DNA of 64,000 nucleotides. It comes from an uncultured delta proteobacterium (GTDB lineage Bacteria > Desulfobacterota > BSN033 > UBA1163). A program made the position numbers and the translations under genes. Location of the stretch: positions 288,001 to 352,000 of the forward strand of contig CAWHBU010000001.1 of the NCBI GenBank assembly GCA_963827685.1, in the 5' to 3' direction. The notes beneath the pieces were generated by a model. That model made no database searches, was not told where the DNA came from, and saw nothing but the letters and a program-made list of their open reading frames with translations. Of this stretch, positions 35,620 to 45,660 are shown in pieces (the first letter of the stretch is position 1; each line of letters opens with the position of its first letter).

Positions 35620-37764
35620 TTATCCTACTTCCAGTGCCATCCCTTCTTCCTTCTCTTCCAAGAAAGTCTGGTTCCGATATCGGTTCCGGAGTTCTCCAAT
35701 CTTCCCTTTATTCCAACTGGAGATTTTAGTGAAATAGCCGGTAATCCGTGTTATGCCATCCACATCCACAGACCCACAGTAAGCACAAGAGGAACGAAGG
35801 CCCCGGCTTGTCCGATTGCAGCAATTACAGGTGGTGAACTCCGGAGAGAAGGCGATCTGGTCATTTTGAGTCAATTGAAAAGTTTTAATCACAAAATTGG
35901 CCAGCGATGACTTCGAAGGTCTTGCCTCCCCCAGCCAGATATGAGTTAATGCGCCTGCCTCAATCAGAGGGTGGAAGAGACCTTCTTGCCTTACTCGGTC
36001 AATAGGGTTCAACATGGCAGAATTGTTCAAGTAGGTGGAGTTCGTATAGTAGACTTCTCCTTTTGAGATGTCACCTTTCACAATGTGTCCCGATTGGGGA
36101 GAGTGATATTTGAGGTCTAATTTAGCAAATCGGTAAGCGGTGGATTCTGCGGGTGTCTGTTCCAGAACAAAACGCATTCCATAGCGCTGGCTGAACTTGT
36201 CCACTAATAATTTCATATGGGCGATGACCTTGAGACCAAATTTAAAGGCCTGTTTAGATTGATGCATCTCCTGCCCGGTATGAATTTGAACCAGTTCATT
36301 AAGCCCCACCATACCCACCAGAAAACTGGCACGGTGCATCCTCAAATAGGGAGATCCATCCCGATTCATGGCCAGCAACGCCAGGGGCCCGTTTTCCCCC
36401 AAGGAGAGAAGTTTTTCAATAAAGAGTTTCTTTTCTAGATGGGCCTTTACCGCCATCTCAACAAACTCAGCAATTTTAGAAAAGAGCTTAGAGTCATCCC
36501 CTTTGGCCAGGTACGCGATTCTTGCAAGATTGAGCGTCACGTTCTGGAGGGCACTGTATCGCATCTTCCAGGGTTGTTTGGCATCTTCAAGGTCTGTTTG
36601 ATCCAATTTAAAACTAAGACGGCAGCATTCAGAGATTTTGGCTGTCTCCCCGCGGTCGAAGACAAAGTAGGTATTTCCCTTCTCAGAGGCAACATCACAG
36701 ATGTGGTAAAGAAAATCCATATGGTCAGGGGTTTTAAAAAACTTCTCTGTAATATGAACCAGAGGTTTTGGGAAGAAGAAGGGCCTTCCGGATCCATCTC
36801 CTTCTTGATAGACGTTAAAGAGTGCCTTGGCAAAGCGCTGGGATTCCATCCAATAATCACTATAGGTCTTTCCTGTAAACTCCCCACCTGGTCCGATGGC
36901 AGGGACATCTTCAAAATGTTTGGGGATTTCCCAATAAAGATTGAGGTCAGTGAAGATGGCCTGTCCACCTCTGGCGACCGCTTGTTGGGAGAATTCGAAG
37001 ATCATCATCTGGGCCAATTGTTCCAGTTCTTGATCCGACCTCCCTACCAGATAGGGTGCGAAAAAGAGATTGATAGAGTCCCAACCAATCGCCCCGGCAA
37101 AATGACTCTGAAGGGCTGCTGCAAATTTCACCATATGGGCGAGCAACACCTCAGGGTGTTTGGCCGGCTTGGCCATCGCGATCGAATTGGGAAGACTCAG
37201 GCCAAATCGTTTGATGTATTCGAGGGACTGACCGCTACAGTATGGCCGATCGATAAAACCCAGATCGTGGAGATGAATGTCCCCGCGCATATGCGCATCG
37301 GCAATTTCCTGAGAGAAGACATTGAGCAGAGCGTATTCTTTCTTGATCCTCTCGGCTAAGGTGAGATTGGTGGCTTCAGGTCCATGAGGAACATTGGCAT
37401 TCTCTTTATTGGGATGGAGGATGAGCTGATCGACATCATAGAGAGGCATTCCCAAGCGGGTGTGCATCTTACGGGCCTGCTCGAGTCCTCTTTCGACTAG
37501 TTTGGTGTCCACGAGTTCACGGATAAGAGGGGCAGTGATGATTTTGATCTTAGAGGTAGCAATTAAGTCCTCGACCTCCCGGGCGATCTCTTTGGCTGTA
37601 TCGAAATCGACATAGGTCTCACGCATGAGGGCGTCGACAATTCTCTGCCGATCCCAGCCCAGCATCGCTTCGTCCGAGGTGCGAACAAAGAGAGCCATAT
37701 CTGTGGTTTCCACTTCTCCTTTAAATTCCTGATGATCCCCTTTCATCTCGATTACGGTTGCCAT
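35620..37764 (-). CDS. nrdD: Anaerobic (class III) ribonucleoside-triphosphate reductase
   Basis: ATP-cone-like N-terminus, GDIHLHDL, SECCRL, TPAEST, YTNS, zinc-binding Cys pairs, RITGY glycyl-radical loop. Confidence 0.96.
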   Translation of the reverse strand: MATVIEMKGDHQEFKGEVETTDMALFVRTSDEAMLGWDRQRIVDALMRETYVDFDTAKEIAREVEDLIATSKIKIITAPLIRELVDTKLVERGLEQARKMHTRLGMPLYDVDQLILHPNKENANVPHGPEATNLTLAERIKKEYALLNVFSQEIADAHMRGDIHLHDLGFIDRPYCSGQSLEYIKRFGLSLPNSIAMAKPAKHPEVLLAHMVKFAAALQSHFAGAIGWDSINLFFAPYLVGRSDQELEQLAQMMIFEFSQQAVARGGQAIFTDLNLYWEIPKHFEDVPAIGPGGEFTGKTYSDYWMESQRFAKALFNVYQEGDGSGRPFFFPKPLVHITEKFFKTPDHMDFLYHICDVASEKGNTYFVFDRGETAKISECCRLSFKLDQTDLEDAKQPWKMRYSALQNVTLNLARIAYLAKGDDSKLFSKIAEFVEMAVKAHLEKKLFIEKLLSLGENGPLALLAMNRDGSPYLRMHRASFLVGMVGLNELVQIHTGQEMHQSKQAFKFGLKVIAHMKLLVDKFSQRYGMRFVLEQTPAESTAYRFAKLDLKYHSPQSGHIVKGDISKGEVYYTNSTYLNNSAMLNPIDRVRQEGLFHPLIEAGALTHIWLGEARPSKSSLANFVIKTFQLTQNDQIAFSPEFTTCNCCNRTSRGLRSSCAYCGSVDVDGITRITGYFTKISSWNKGKIGELRNRYRNQTFLEEKEEGMALEVG

Positions 37765-37813
37765 ATGATCTCACCTTTTATTTTACGGTAGATGGTTAAA
37801 AAGATTTTTGGAA

Positions 37814-37860
37814 GGGCTATATTTAGTGTGACTAAGAATGATTACAACAATATATTGTTA
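37814..37860 (-). promoter_or_regulatory. Tandem NrdR boxes
   Basis: taacaatatattgttg and acactaaatatagccc (minus strand), 31 bp apart, upstream of nrdD and next to TTGACA (37863-37868). Confidence 0.85.
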
Positions 37861-37932
37861 TTTGTCAAGGAAAAACTTAGTTTGTGAAAAAAATATTTAG
37901 ATAGAGATTTTCAAGCATTCTACTCCGAAATC

Positions 37933-40900
37933 CTAACTATTTTTCCCCTTGTTATTGGATGAAGGAGTCTTTTGGAAAGGCCTCAGAGGCGTTTCGAGTA
38001 GGCGCTTGATGACTCCCCAAGAAGTTTCTTCGATGCTTTTTAGGGGAATAGCCTCAATCTTCGGATCATCCAGATTTCCTTTCACCTCATAGAAATAAGA
38101 GATGAACCCCTTATCCTTGCCCGTAAGAATATAACCCGCAACCGGGACATGACTTAATATCGTATCGACCGTCACTAACGGATGAACCCCTATCGTTACG
38201 TCGATCAAATTCTTACCCAGATTGACCTTTCCTATGAGAGTAATCCTCATGGCGTCGCTATCCACCAAAAAATCATCGGTGGAAGCAACGCCGTCATTGA
38301 CATGAATCGTCGCCGTCATATTATGGTAAGGAAGTCCCTTGGTTTTTAAGTCGGGGAGCCTTCCTTTGAGCCATTGAGAGACGTTGAGAATCGAAAAGAT
38401 TTTGGAGAGGATATTGAATCGTTCGATCACTCCATTTTCGACTTCAAGTCTCAAACTGCCATTGAGCGATTCTTTCATTTTTTGGAAATCCTCTCCCTCG
38501 CCTCTTAATTCCACCTTGTCAACGTGAACTCTTCCGGTGATCATCACCCTTTCCTCCTCCCCTTTTTGGAAGAGGGTTCGGATAAAGGCCTTGGCTTCCA
38601 TATTGGAGAAACGGGGCTTGATCTCAATTCTTATTCCCTTTTCCGTTGGTTTTATCCATCCCTCACCCCAGAAGTCCCCTCCATCTGATTTGAATTGAAA
38701 GGGATGGATGAGCAATGTTCCATCGACCGTCTTCATCTCTCCCTTCAGGTCCTGATAATGAAGGCTGCGGTATTTTCCCTTGTCGATCTGTACCTTGCCA
38801 TCGATCGACCAACTTGAAAGCCAATCCCTCATCTTTTCAAAAGAAGCTGAGGAGGTTCCTTGTTTTTTCGGAAAGAGCAGATCGAGGTCCAGTTGTGGAG
38901 AAGAGATCTGAAAGGAGAGCCGCCTCCCCGATCCCGCCAGGTTTGAGGCCTTTTCCACCTTCTGGGAAGAGACAGGGAAGGAAGACGAGTCGCGGAAGAG
39001 GGTGCCGGAAACGGTGACGGGAGAATCTCCCACCTTTCCCTTCAACTCATCGAATCGAATCTGTTCAGGGGTTATAAAAAAGGACCCCTGAATATGGGAG
39101 AGAAGAACGGGAATCTGCCGAGGTTGAAGGGTCATCCCTTTTAGTCGGATCTCACCTTCTTTTAAGGCACTGATCCATTTTTCCATTTTCCCCAGCCATT
39201 TCAGACGAACCTCTGCCACTCCGTCGAGTTCTTGAATCCCTTCTACATGCGATCGGATCTGATCTGAAAAGAGGGGTGACTTGATGAGCGAGAACAGTTG
39301 TTTTAGATCAATGGAACCCCATGTAGAAAGGTTCACCTCACCCTCTCTCATAAATCCGTTCAATGTCAGAGAGCGGCTACCCGATTGGATCTTCGTCTTT
39401 GAAAAACCTATTCCCAGATTGGAAAATGAGACTCCTCCTTCCTTAAAAACGAGAGGGATAGGATTTCCTTTCTGCAGGAGTGAAGCTTCCCTTGGGAAAA
39501 ACTCCCCTTCATAAGAGAAACGGGAAGTTCCTGGAAGGGTCTTCCCTTTGAATGAGATCTGGCTCGTCCCTGAAAGGGCTTCCAAGCCCACTGTTTTCGA
39601 TCGCACTTCTTCAGGGAAGATAGGAGTTTGAAAGAGGGTAAAGAGATTTTTGAGATCCATTCTTCCCTTGGCCATGATCTCGAGAGGATGATCCTTCTCC
39701 CCGTGTTTCCAAAAGCCATCCATCATCAGAGAGGAATGACCAAACTCCACCTGCGCCTCTGACCATTGGAGATCATGGTGGGAAAGCGCTACTCGTCCCC
39801 CTCCAATTTGGATTGGGAACGGAATTTGCTCATGAGTGAATTGGGTTTTTGAGAGATGATAGATCTCCTGGTGCTGAAAACGGAGGGGAGGCTTCAGGAG
39901 TCCTTTGGCAGAGAGGGAATATTGTGCCTTTCCTGAAAGCATGTGGATGGATGAAAGGGCACGACTGAATTCTTCCGGGATTCCTTCGGTCTTTGAGAGG
40001 GAGGGAAGATCCATCAAATCGAACTTGCCTTGGCACTCGATTTGAAGCGTGGGAACCTGCAGAAGCTCGGAGAAAGTGCCGTTCACTTTCTCCAAGGTCG
40101 AATGAAAGATTCTTCCTTCGACTCCTTTCAGGTAGAGATGACCTTCTTGGAAGAGGAGCCGACCTTTGAGATCTTCAAGGGGTGGAAAGTTCCAGGGGAG
40201 TTTCAATTGAGCTCCACTGAGTTTCGCCTCGATGGAGAGGACATGGGCATTTGCAAGCTGATCGCAGTGATCCACCTCGGGCATCTTTCCCGAAAGCCTG
40301 ATGGACACGGCTTGGAAAAAACCTTTTCCTTCTGACCTGAAAAGACGATCCGAGACGTCTGGAGTGATGATTCGGAAGGGGATAAATTTCTTTCCTTCTG
40401 CAATATCGAAGGGGCTGCTGGAGGCTTCGGCTTCCATTCCCATCTCTTTTGACCCGATATCATAAATCCTCCCCTTCGCCTTAACCGATATCTCTGGTAA
40501 TTCGATAGAAAAACGAGGGATCTTGAAATCTTTTGCATCATAGTCAGCCTCAAGATCGATGTTCATCCACTTCGGTTTTAGAACGGTTGAGAAAACCTGG
40601 GGGTAGTCAAAAAGGAATTCTTTAAATTTGATTTTTGCAGAGGTCTTAAAAGTTCCCCGGAAATCTCCTCGATAGCGAGCATCCAGGTCGAGGATCCCTG
40701 AAATCGTCTTCATAGGAAGCATTATTCTGAGATAAGGCCAGAAATGAAACGTTTCGATCCCTTTGATCTTGACCTCTGCTTCCACCCTTCCTTTTGAAAA
40801 ATTTAGGTCTTCAGGAATATCTTGAATTGTCCCATGGATGGAAAACAGGCCTTCTCTTTTAGAATGAATGATTTTCCCGTCGATTCGGAACGGAAAGGCG

Positions 40901-41481
40901 TTACGGAAGGAGACCTTTGAGAGCCTAAAATTGAAAGACCGTATCTCGGTTCTGAACGGTGACTCGCCCAATCCCTCATCTGAGAAGAAAACCTCTCCAT
41001 CTCGGAGGGCTAAAGAGCCTCCGAAAAGAGAGGTGAGCGCCTCCAGGATCTTCCTTTGTGTTTCCTTCGATTTTTCACCAGTCGAGGGATCGTTGAAAAA
41101 GACATTGAGCCGACCTTTTTTATCCCTGATGACATGGAGGATGGGACGATCAACGACAATTCGTTTCCATTTGATTTCCCTTTTGAGGAGGGGAAAAAGC
41201 TTGACCCTCAAGATCAGTCTTTTGGATTGAAGAAGATCAAAGGCCAGAGAGCGATCCTTTACACGGAAGTCTTCAAAAGCAATTCCCACTCCTCCCCACA
41301 AATTTATTTTTGCCTTCCCAATGGAAACTTCTCTGTCCAGGGCGGTCGCCAAGGACTTTTGTAGGATATCCCGGTAAACATTAGGGTCGAGGAAATAATT
41401 GATTGATAAAAGAAAGAAGATTCCGAGGACAATAATCGGAGTCAATATCCAGAGAATGATCCATTTTTTAGAACGAGCCAT
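37933..41481 (-). CDS. AsmA-like / YhdP-family envelope protein
   Basis: N-terminal TM, long beta-rich body, C-terminal P..GYIL...Y.V.G..DDP. Confidence 0.85.
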   Translation of the reverse strand: MARSKKWIILWILTPIIVLGIFFLLSINYFLDPNVYRDILQKSLATALDREVSIGKAKINLWGGVGIAFEDFRVKDRSLAFDLLQSKRLILRVKLFPLLKREIKWKRIVVDRPILHVIRDKKGRLNVFFNDPSTGEKSKETQRKILEALTSLFGGSLALRDGEVFFSDEGLGESPFRTEIRSFNFRLSKVSFRNAFPFRIDGKIIHSKREGLFSIHGTIQDIPEDLNFSKGRVEAEVKIKGIETFHFWPYLRIMLPMKTISGILDLDARYRGDFRGTFKTSAKIKFKEFLFDYPQVFSTVLKPKWMNIDLEADYDAKDFKIPRFSIELPEISVKAKGRIYDIGSKEMGMEAEASSSPFDIAEGKKFIPFRIITPDVSDRLFRSEGKGFFQAVSIRLSGKMPEVDHCDQLANAHVLSIEAKLSGAQLKLPWNFPPLEDLKGRLLFQEGHLYLKGVEGRIFHSTLEKVNGTFSELLQVPTLQIECQGKFDLMDLPSLSKTEGIPEEFSRALSSIHMLSGKAQYSLSAKGLLKPPLRFQHQEIYHLSKTQFTHEQIPFPIQIGGGRVALSHHDLQWSEAQVEFGHSSLMMDGFWKHGEKDHPLEIMAKGRMDLKNLFTLFQTPIFPEEVRSKTVGLEALSGTSQISFKGKTLPGTSRFSYEGEFFPREASLLQKGNPIPLVFKEGGVSFSNLGIGFSKTKIQSGSRSLTLNGFMREGEVNLSTWGSIDLKQLFSLIKSPLFSDQIRSHVEGIQELDGVAEVRLKWLGKMEKWISALKEGEIRLKGMTLQPRQIPVLLSHIQGSFFITPEQIRFDELKGKVGDSPVTVSGTLFRDSSSFPVSSQKVEKASNLAGSGRRLSFQISSPQLDLDLLFPKKQGTSSASFEKMRDWLSSWSIDGKVQIDKGKYRSLHYQDLKGEMKTVDGTLLIHPFQFKSDGGDFWGEGWIKPTEKGIRIEIKPRFSNMEAKAFIRTLFQKGEEERVMITGRVHVDKVELRGEGEDFQKMKESLNGSLRLEVENGVIERFNILSKIFSILNVSQWLKGRLPDLKTKGLPYHNMTATIHVNDGVASTDDFLVDSDAMRITLIGKVNLGKNLIDVTIGVHPLVTVDTILSHVPVAGYILTGKDKGFISYFYEVKGNLDDPKIEAIPLKSIEETSWGVIKRLLETPLRPFQKTPSSNNKGKNS

Positions 41482-41529
41482 AAATTTCTTTCAAATCCGA
41501 TTGCTGTAAACGTAACCAATTAGGCTTTG

Positions 41530-41665
41530 TCATTTCAAATTCCAAAATCCAAATCCCAAATTTCAAATAAGTTCCAAATCCAAATGACCGAAATGAAACC
41601 ATTTGAAAATTTGAATTTTCGTCATTGGAATTTATTTGCTATTTGGTGCTTGATATTTGGTACTT
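41530..41665. repeat. Heptamer-period inverted-repeat element
   Basis: (AAATTCC/AAATCCC)n-AATGACCGAAA-spacer-TTTTCGTCATT-(GGAATTT/ATTTGGT)n. Confidence 0.8.
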
Positions 41666-41718
41666 ATCTCAAAGATTAGTTTAAACATAATAAGGTAATT
41701 TCTTAAGCAAAAAAATTC

Positions 41719-42444
41719 TTACAAATTCTTGATAGCGTGTGCCAAAGTGAGGACATCTACCCTTTCTACTCCCCCTCTCAGCAACACCTTAGAGCATTCA
41801 TTGACCGTAGCTCCGGTGGTGTAGACATCATCGACCAAAAGAATCGACTTCCCCAATAATTCCTCCTTCCGGATCACATGGAAAGTCCCCCTCACCCCCT
41901 TTTCCCTTTCCACACCGCTGAGATTTACTTGAGGAATTGTGGATTTCTCCTTTTGAAGAATCGTTTTTTGGTAAGGGATGCCTGTTCGACGGCTTAGCTC
42001 CTTCACAAGGAGGAGGGCTTGATTGAATCCTCTTTGCCTTAATCGCTGGGTATGGAGCGGGACGGGAATCAGAAGGTCGTGGGAGTCAGGTTCCCAATAA
42101 CGATTCAATCCTTCTGCCAACCATTCCGCAAAAAAAGGCGTGAGGTGGGTTTTCCCCTCATATTTCCAACGATGGATTGCCTCTTGGAGAGACCCTTCAA
42201 AGGCTCCCAAAGCCCTTGCCATTGTAAAATATTTTCTGTGGGTCACACAAGCGCCACAGGGATGGTTCTCGATCTCTTTAGAGATGAAGGGAATTCCACA
42301 AATGGAACAAAACGGAGGTTCGATCCAGTGGATCTCTGAAACACAATTTGAACAGAACCCTTGTTGAGTTTCTTCTGAAAATTTTTCACAACAGGGGCAT
42401 TGCGGGGGAAGAAAAAACTGGAAGAGCGTTGATCGAAATTTCAT
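41719..42444 (-). CDS. comF: ComF-family protein (zinc ribbon + PRTase)
   Basis: Cys pairs, PVPLH, RGFNQ, LLVDDVYTTGAT. Confidence 0.92.
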   Translation of the reverse strand: MKFRSTLFQFFLPPQCPCCEKFSEETQQGFCSNCVSEIHWIEPPFCSICGIPFISKEIENHPCGACVTHRKYFTMARALGAFEGSLQEAIHRWKYEGKTHLTPFFAEWLAEGLNRYWEPDSHDLLIPVPLHTQRLRQRGFNQALLLVKELSRRTGIPYQKTILQKEKSTIPQVNLSGVEREKGVRGTFHVIRKEELLGKSILLVDDVYTTGATVNECSKVLLRGGVERVDVLTLAHAIKNL

Positions 42445-42535
42445 GATTTGTCCGAGTTTATACCTGCCCCAGGCAGGCAGAGCAGACATCATCGTTGAAT
42501 GAAATATAGAAAATTAGAATGGGAGGTGAACCCCT

Positions 42536-43879
42536 TCAGGAAAAAGACGGAGAAGGCAAGGAGATCGCTTTCTCGGCTTCCTTGATCGTATAGGTGCTCC
42601 ACTGATGACATTGGGGACAGTAAGCGATCCATTCTTTCGATTCTCTTGCGCAGGTGGTGCAAAAGAAGGAGAGGTAGGAAGTGCCGCTCAATTCGAAGGT
42701 CTTTTCAAATTCTTGGGCGGCACGACCAAAGTCTTTTTTGTGGAGATAGATTTCTGCGAGAAGCCTGTGAAAGGCCGGGAAATCCTTTACCCGTAGACTG
42801 ATTTCATTGATCTCCTCAAGCGCTTCATCCAACATTTCCAATCTCAAACAAAGCTTGGCATAAAAGAAGGCAAGCACCCAATTTTCGGGATCGTGTTGAA
42901 GTACCCTTTGATAGACGCGGATGAGGGTACTCGGATCTTCCCGCCTGAGATAAAGCTCTTCCAAGCGAAGGATGAAGACGATGGATTTGAATCGGGTGAA
43001 ACTCTTTCCCCAGACCTTCCCGGCAGAGGCCCATCTTCCCATTCGGAGGTAGATATCCCCCAGCAATACAAATCCAGGGTGGAAAGTCTTCCTTTCTCGA
43101 ACGATCTCCTTTACCTCCTTCAGGGCATTCTCCAGATTTTTTTCGCCCCCACGGCTCAAAAGATCTCTGGCACGCTCGTATTTCAACCCTAAATAGAAAA
43201 GGTTTTCCTCCTCCTCTGCCTGTTTCCCCTTGGTAAATTTGAGGATGGATCTTTGGATTCGGATCGCCTCCTCCCACCTTCTGCTATCCTGATAAATCTG
43301 CCTCAGACTTTTTAACGCCTTGAGATTCGTCTCATCCAAACCGATGGCCCGATTCAGAACCCGAATGGCTTCGTCGAGTCGCTTCATGCGCTGGTATACC
43401 CCTGCCTGACTGAGCAGGATGTCTATATTTCTCATTTCGATCAGCTCCGCCCTTCCCAGCCAATGGAGGGCGTCCTGATCATTGCCTTCGTGGAGGGCGA
43501 TCTCCGAAAGCCGGAGATAGAGATCGATCTGCATAGGATCTCTTTTTAACACCTCAATGAAGTGGGTTTTGGCCCTGGCCAGATCCCCCCGGAGAAAAAC
43601 ATCCATGCCTTTATTGAATTCCTCCTTGAGGGATTCCTCCTTTCTTTTTTGGCGAGAGTTTAGATAGTCTTTGATCGCCCGTTTGGCATCCCGAGCCAAG
43701 GTGCCGATGAAGACCAGCATGGCACCCAATACAAAAGAGGAAATCATGAGGATGGAGAGTTCCGTCTCAAAAATCTCCCTAAACAAATGAAATTCCACCC
43801 TCAAGGGATTCTGGTATGAAAGCCAAAGGAAGAAAACCATCACGATAAAGAGGAAGGTCAACAAAAGTTTAACTAACAT
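42536..43879 (-). CDS. LapA/LapB-like TPR protein with C-terminal zinc ribbon
   Basis: Two N-terminal TMs, TPR repeats, CTTC...CPQC. Confidence 0.8.
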   Translation of the reverse strand: MLVKLLLTFLFIVMVFFLWLSYQNPLRVEFHLFREIFETELSILMISSFVLGAMLVFIGTLARDAKRAIKDYLNSRQKRKEESLKEEFNKGMDVFLRGDLARAKTHFIEVLKRDPMQIDLYLRLSEIALHEGNDQDALHWLGRAELIEMRNIDILLSQAGVYQRMKRLDEAIRVLNRAIGLDETNLKALKSLRQIYQDSRRWEEAIRIQRSILKFTKGKQAEEEENLFYLGLKYERARDLLSRGGEKNLENALKEVKEIVRERKTFHPGFVLLGDIYLRMGRWASAGKVWGKSFTRFKSIVFILRLEELYLRREDPSTLIRVYQRVLQHDPENWVLAFFYAKLCLRLEMLDEALEEINEISLRVKDFPAFHRLLAEIYLHKKDFGRAAQEFEKTFELSGTSYLSFFCTTCARESKEWIAYCPQCHQWSTYTIKEAEKAISLPSPSFS

Positions 43880-43882
43880 CGT

Positions 43883-44350
43883 CTATAACTTTCCCTTTTC
43901 CAATTTGGTTAAACATGGAACACAATATTTCGCGACCGGCCGTACCTCGAGTCGTTTTAAACTGATAGGTCCTCCGCATTCCTCACAGATGCCGTAGGTT
44001 CCATTCTCGATACGATCTAAAGATTCATCCACCTCTTGGAGCCTCATTCGCTCATTCTCATTTAAGCTGAGCAAGATCTGTTTGTTATAAATATTGGCCG
44101 CCTCATCCCCAATGTCCTGAATACCATCTTGTCCCATTTCATTTGAAGATTCGACGATCTGTTTGACCTCACCGACGATCTGCTCCCGTTCCTTGAGAAG
44201 AATTTTTCTAAACCTTGCGATCGTCTTTCTATCCAGTTTATCCAGTCCCTTGTTCGGATCCGCTTGCGCCTTCACTTGGGACTTTACTTGGGGTTTAGCT
44301 TGAGATTTAGCTCGGGATTTAACTTTGGACTTAATTTTTCCTTTAACCAA
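43883..44350 (-). CDS. dksA: DksA/TraR-family C4 zinc-finger protein
   Basis: DIGDEA coiled-coil tip, YGICEECG, RL...P.A.YCVPC. Confidence 0.85.
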   Translation of the reverse strand: MVKGKIKSKVKSRAKSQAKPQVKSQVKAQADPNKGLDKLDRKTIARFRKILLKEREQIVGEVKQIVESSNEMGQDGIQDIGDEAANIYNKQILLSLNENERMRLQEVDESLDRIENGTYGICEECGGPISLKRLEVRPVAKYCVPCLTKLEKGKL

Positions 44351-44708
44351 TACTTCCTCCTTCTTGGAGATCCATTCGGGGGGCGTCGATCCAAAGCCCT
44401 TCCAAATCGTAAAATTTCCTCACTGGCTCCAGGAAGACATGGACAACCACATCCTCATAATCCATCAGAATCCATCTTCCCCCGGTCATTCCTTCCTGGC
44501 CCAGAGGCCGAATCCCTTTCTTTTTGAGAGCCTCCTCAATCCCTTGGGCGATGGCCTGGACCTGACGGTCAGACTTGCCACTGCAGAGGAGGAAATAATC
44601 GGTAAAGGAGATCGCCCCTTTCAACTCAAGAAGAACCGGGTCTAAGGCCTTTTTTTCAAGCGCTGCCTTCAAGCAGAGCAAGGATTTTGTTTTCGAATCG
44701 GTGGCCAT
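44343..44708 (-). CDS. rsfS: Ribosome silencing factor
   Basis: SDRQVQAIA, WILMDY.DVVVHVF, FYDLEGLW. Confidence 0.95.
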   Translation of the reverse strand: MATDSKTKSLLCLKAALEKKALDPVLLELKGAISFTDYFLLCSGKSDRQVQAIAQGIEEALKKKGIRPLGQEGMTGGRWILMDYEDVVVHVFLEPVRKFYDLEGLWIDAPRMDLQEGGSIG

Positions 44709-44792
44709 ATCCTCCTATGAGTAATTTTAAAGCTCGTATTATACCAGAAAAAACTCAGATGACAAATAAAAAATGCTGAAAAATGATTTTTT

Positions 44793-45479
44793 TTAGGGTT
44801 GGGGGGCCTTACGATAAAGCCGATGTTTTTGAATATAAGCCTCCACCTCGGCCGGGATCAGGTACCTCACAGACTCTCCTTTTTCGATCAACTCTCTGAC
44901 CTTTGTAGAAGAAATATCGAGAAACGAGATTTCTTTAAAATAGAGCTGGTGGCCCGAGAGGTGGACCCAGGACTTCTCTCCAGGGTCATATCGAAAATTT
45001 GGGATCAAGGCCTTTGGGAGCGGTGAGGACGAGCTGTTTTTTTGAGATCCCGGTCGGGCCATTACGATAAAGTGGCAAAGAGAAAAGAGATTTTGAAATT
45101 CCTTCCACGTCTCAATCTCTACAAAGGCATCCCCCCCCAGGATGAAGAAAAGGGCCTCCTGCTGTCTCTCTCGAAAAGAATAGATGGTGTCGATAGAGTA
45201 AGATTTTCCAGGCCTTGAGAGTTCAAGGTCACTGGTAGAAAAATGGGGGTTGTTTGAGGTGGCCAACCTCACCATTTCGAGTCGGTGCTTCGCCTCGATG
45301 ATTTTCTCCGTCACCTTGTGCGGCGGGATGGAGGAAGGGATGAAGATGATCTCCTCGAGCCGGAATGCCTCCCGAATCTCTTCTGCCCCCCGGAGGTGAC
45401 CCAAATGGATGGGATTGAAGGTCCCTCCAAATAACCCGATCCTCCTTTTCCCCCCTTTTTTCTTCGTCTCTTCCGACAT
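44793..45479 (-). CDS. nadD: Nicotinate-nucleotide adenylyltransferase
   Basis: GGTFNPIHLGH, PPHK, SYSIDT, ISSTKVR. Confidence 0.95.
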   Translation of the reverse strand: MSEETKKKGGKRRIGLFGGTFNPIHLGHLRGAEEIREAFRLEEIIFIPSSIPPHKVTEKIIEAKHRLEMVRLATSNNPHFSTSDLELSRPGKSYSIDTIYSFRERQQEALFFILGGDAFVEIETWKEFQNLFSLCHFIVMARPGSQKNSSSSPLPKALIPNFRYDPGEKSWVHLSGHQLYFKEISFLDISSTKVRELIEKGESVRYLIPAEVEAYIQKHRLYRKAPQP

Positions 45480-45499
45480 GGTCAAGTTAATAACCACCG

Positions 45500-45660
45500 A
45501 TAAAATCCCAAATCCCAATATCCAAATGCCAAACAAATTCCAAAATTCAATTCCAAATGACCGAAACTATTTCGTTTTGAATTTTGGTGATTGAATTTTA
45601 TTTGGAATTTGGTACTTGCCCTGCACCATATTAGGTACAGGGCTTGGAAATTGGTGCTTT
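45500..45660. repeat. Heptamer-period inverted-repeat element with a nested 28-bp hairpin (45619-45646)
   Basis: Same AATGACCGAAA core as 41530; insert ccctgcaccatattaggtacagggCTTG follows CTTG. Confidence 0.8.

Noticed and set aside
36439-37359. 306-aa + strand ORF
   Set aside because: Entirely antisense to nrdD; codon-symmetry shadow.
41530-41665. Possible CRISPR array
   Set aside because: Units are degenerate 7-mers without unique spacers; no cas genes in the window.
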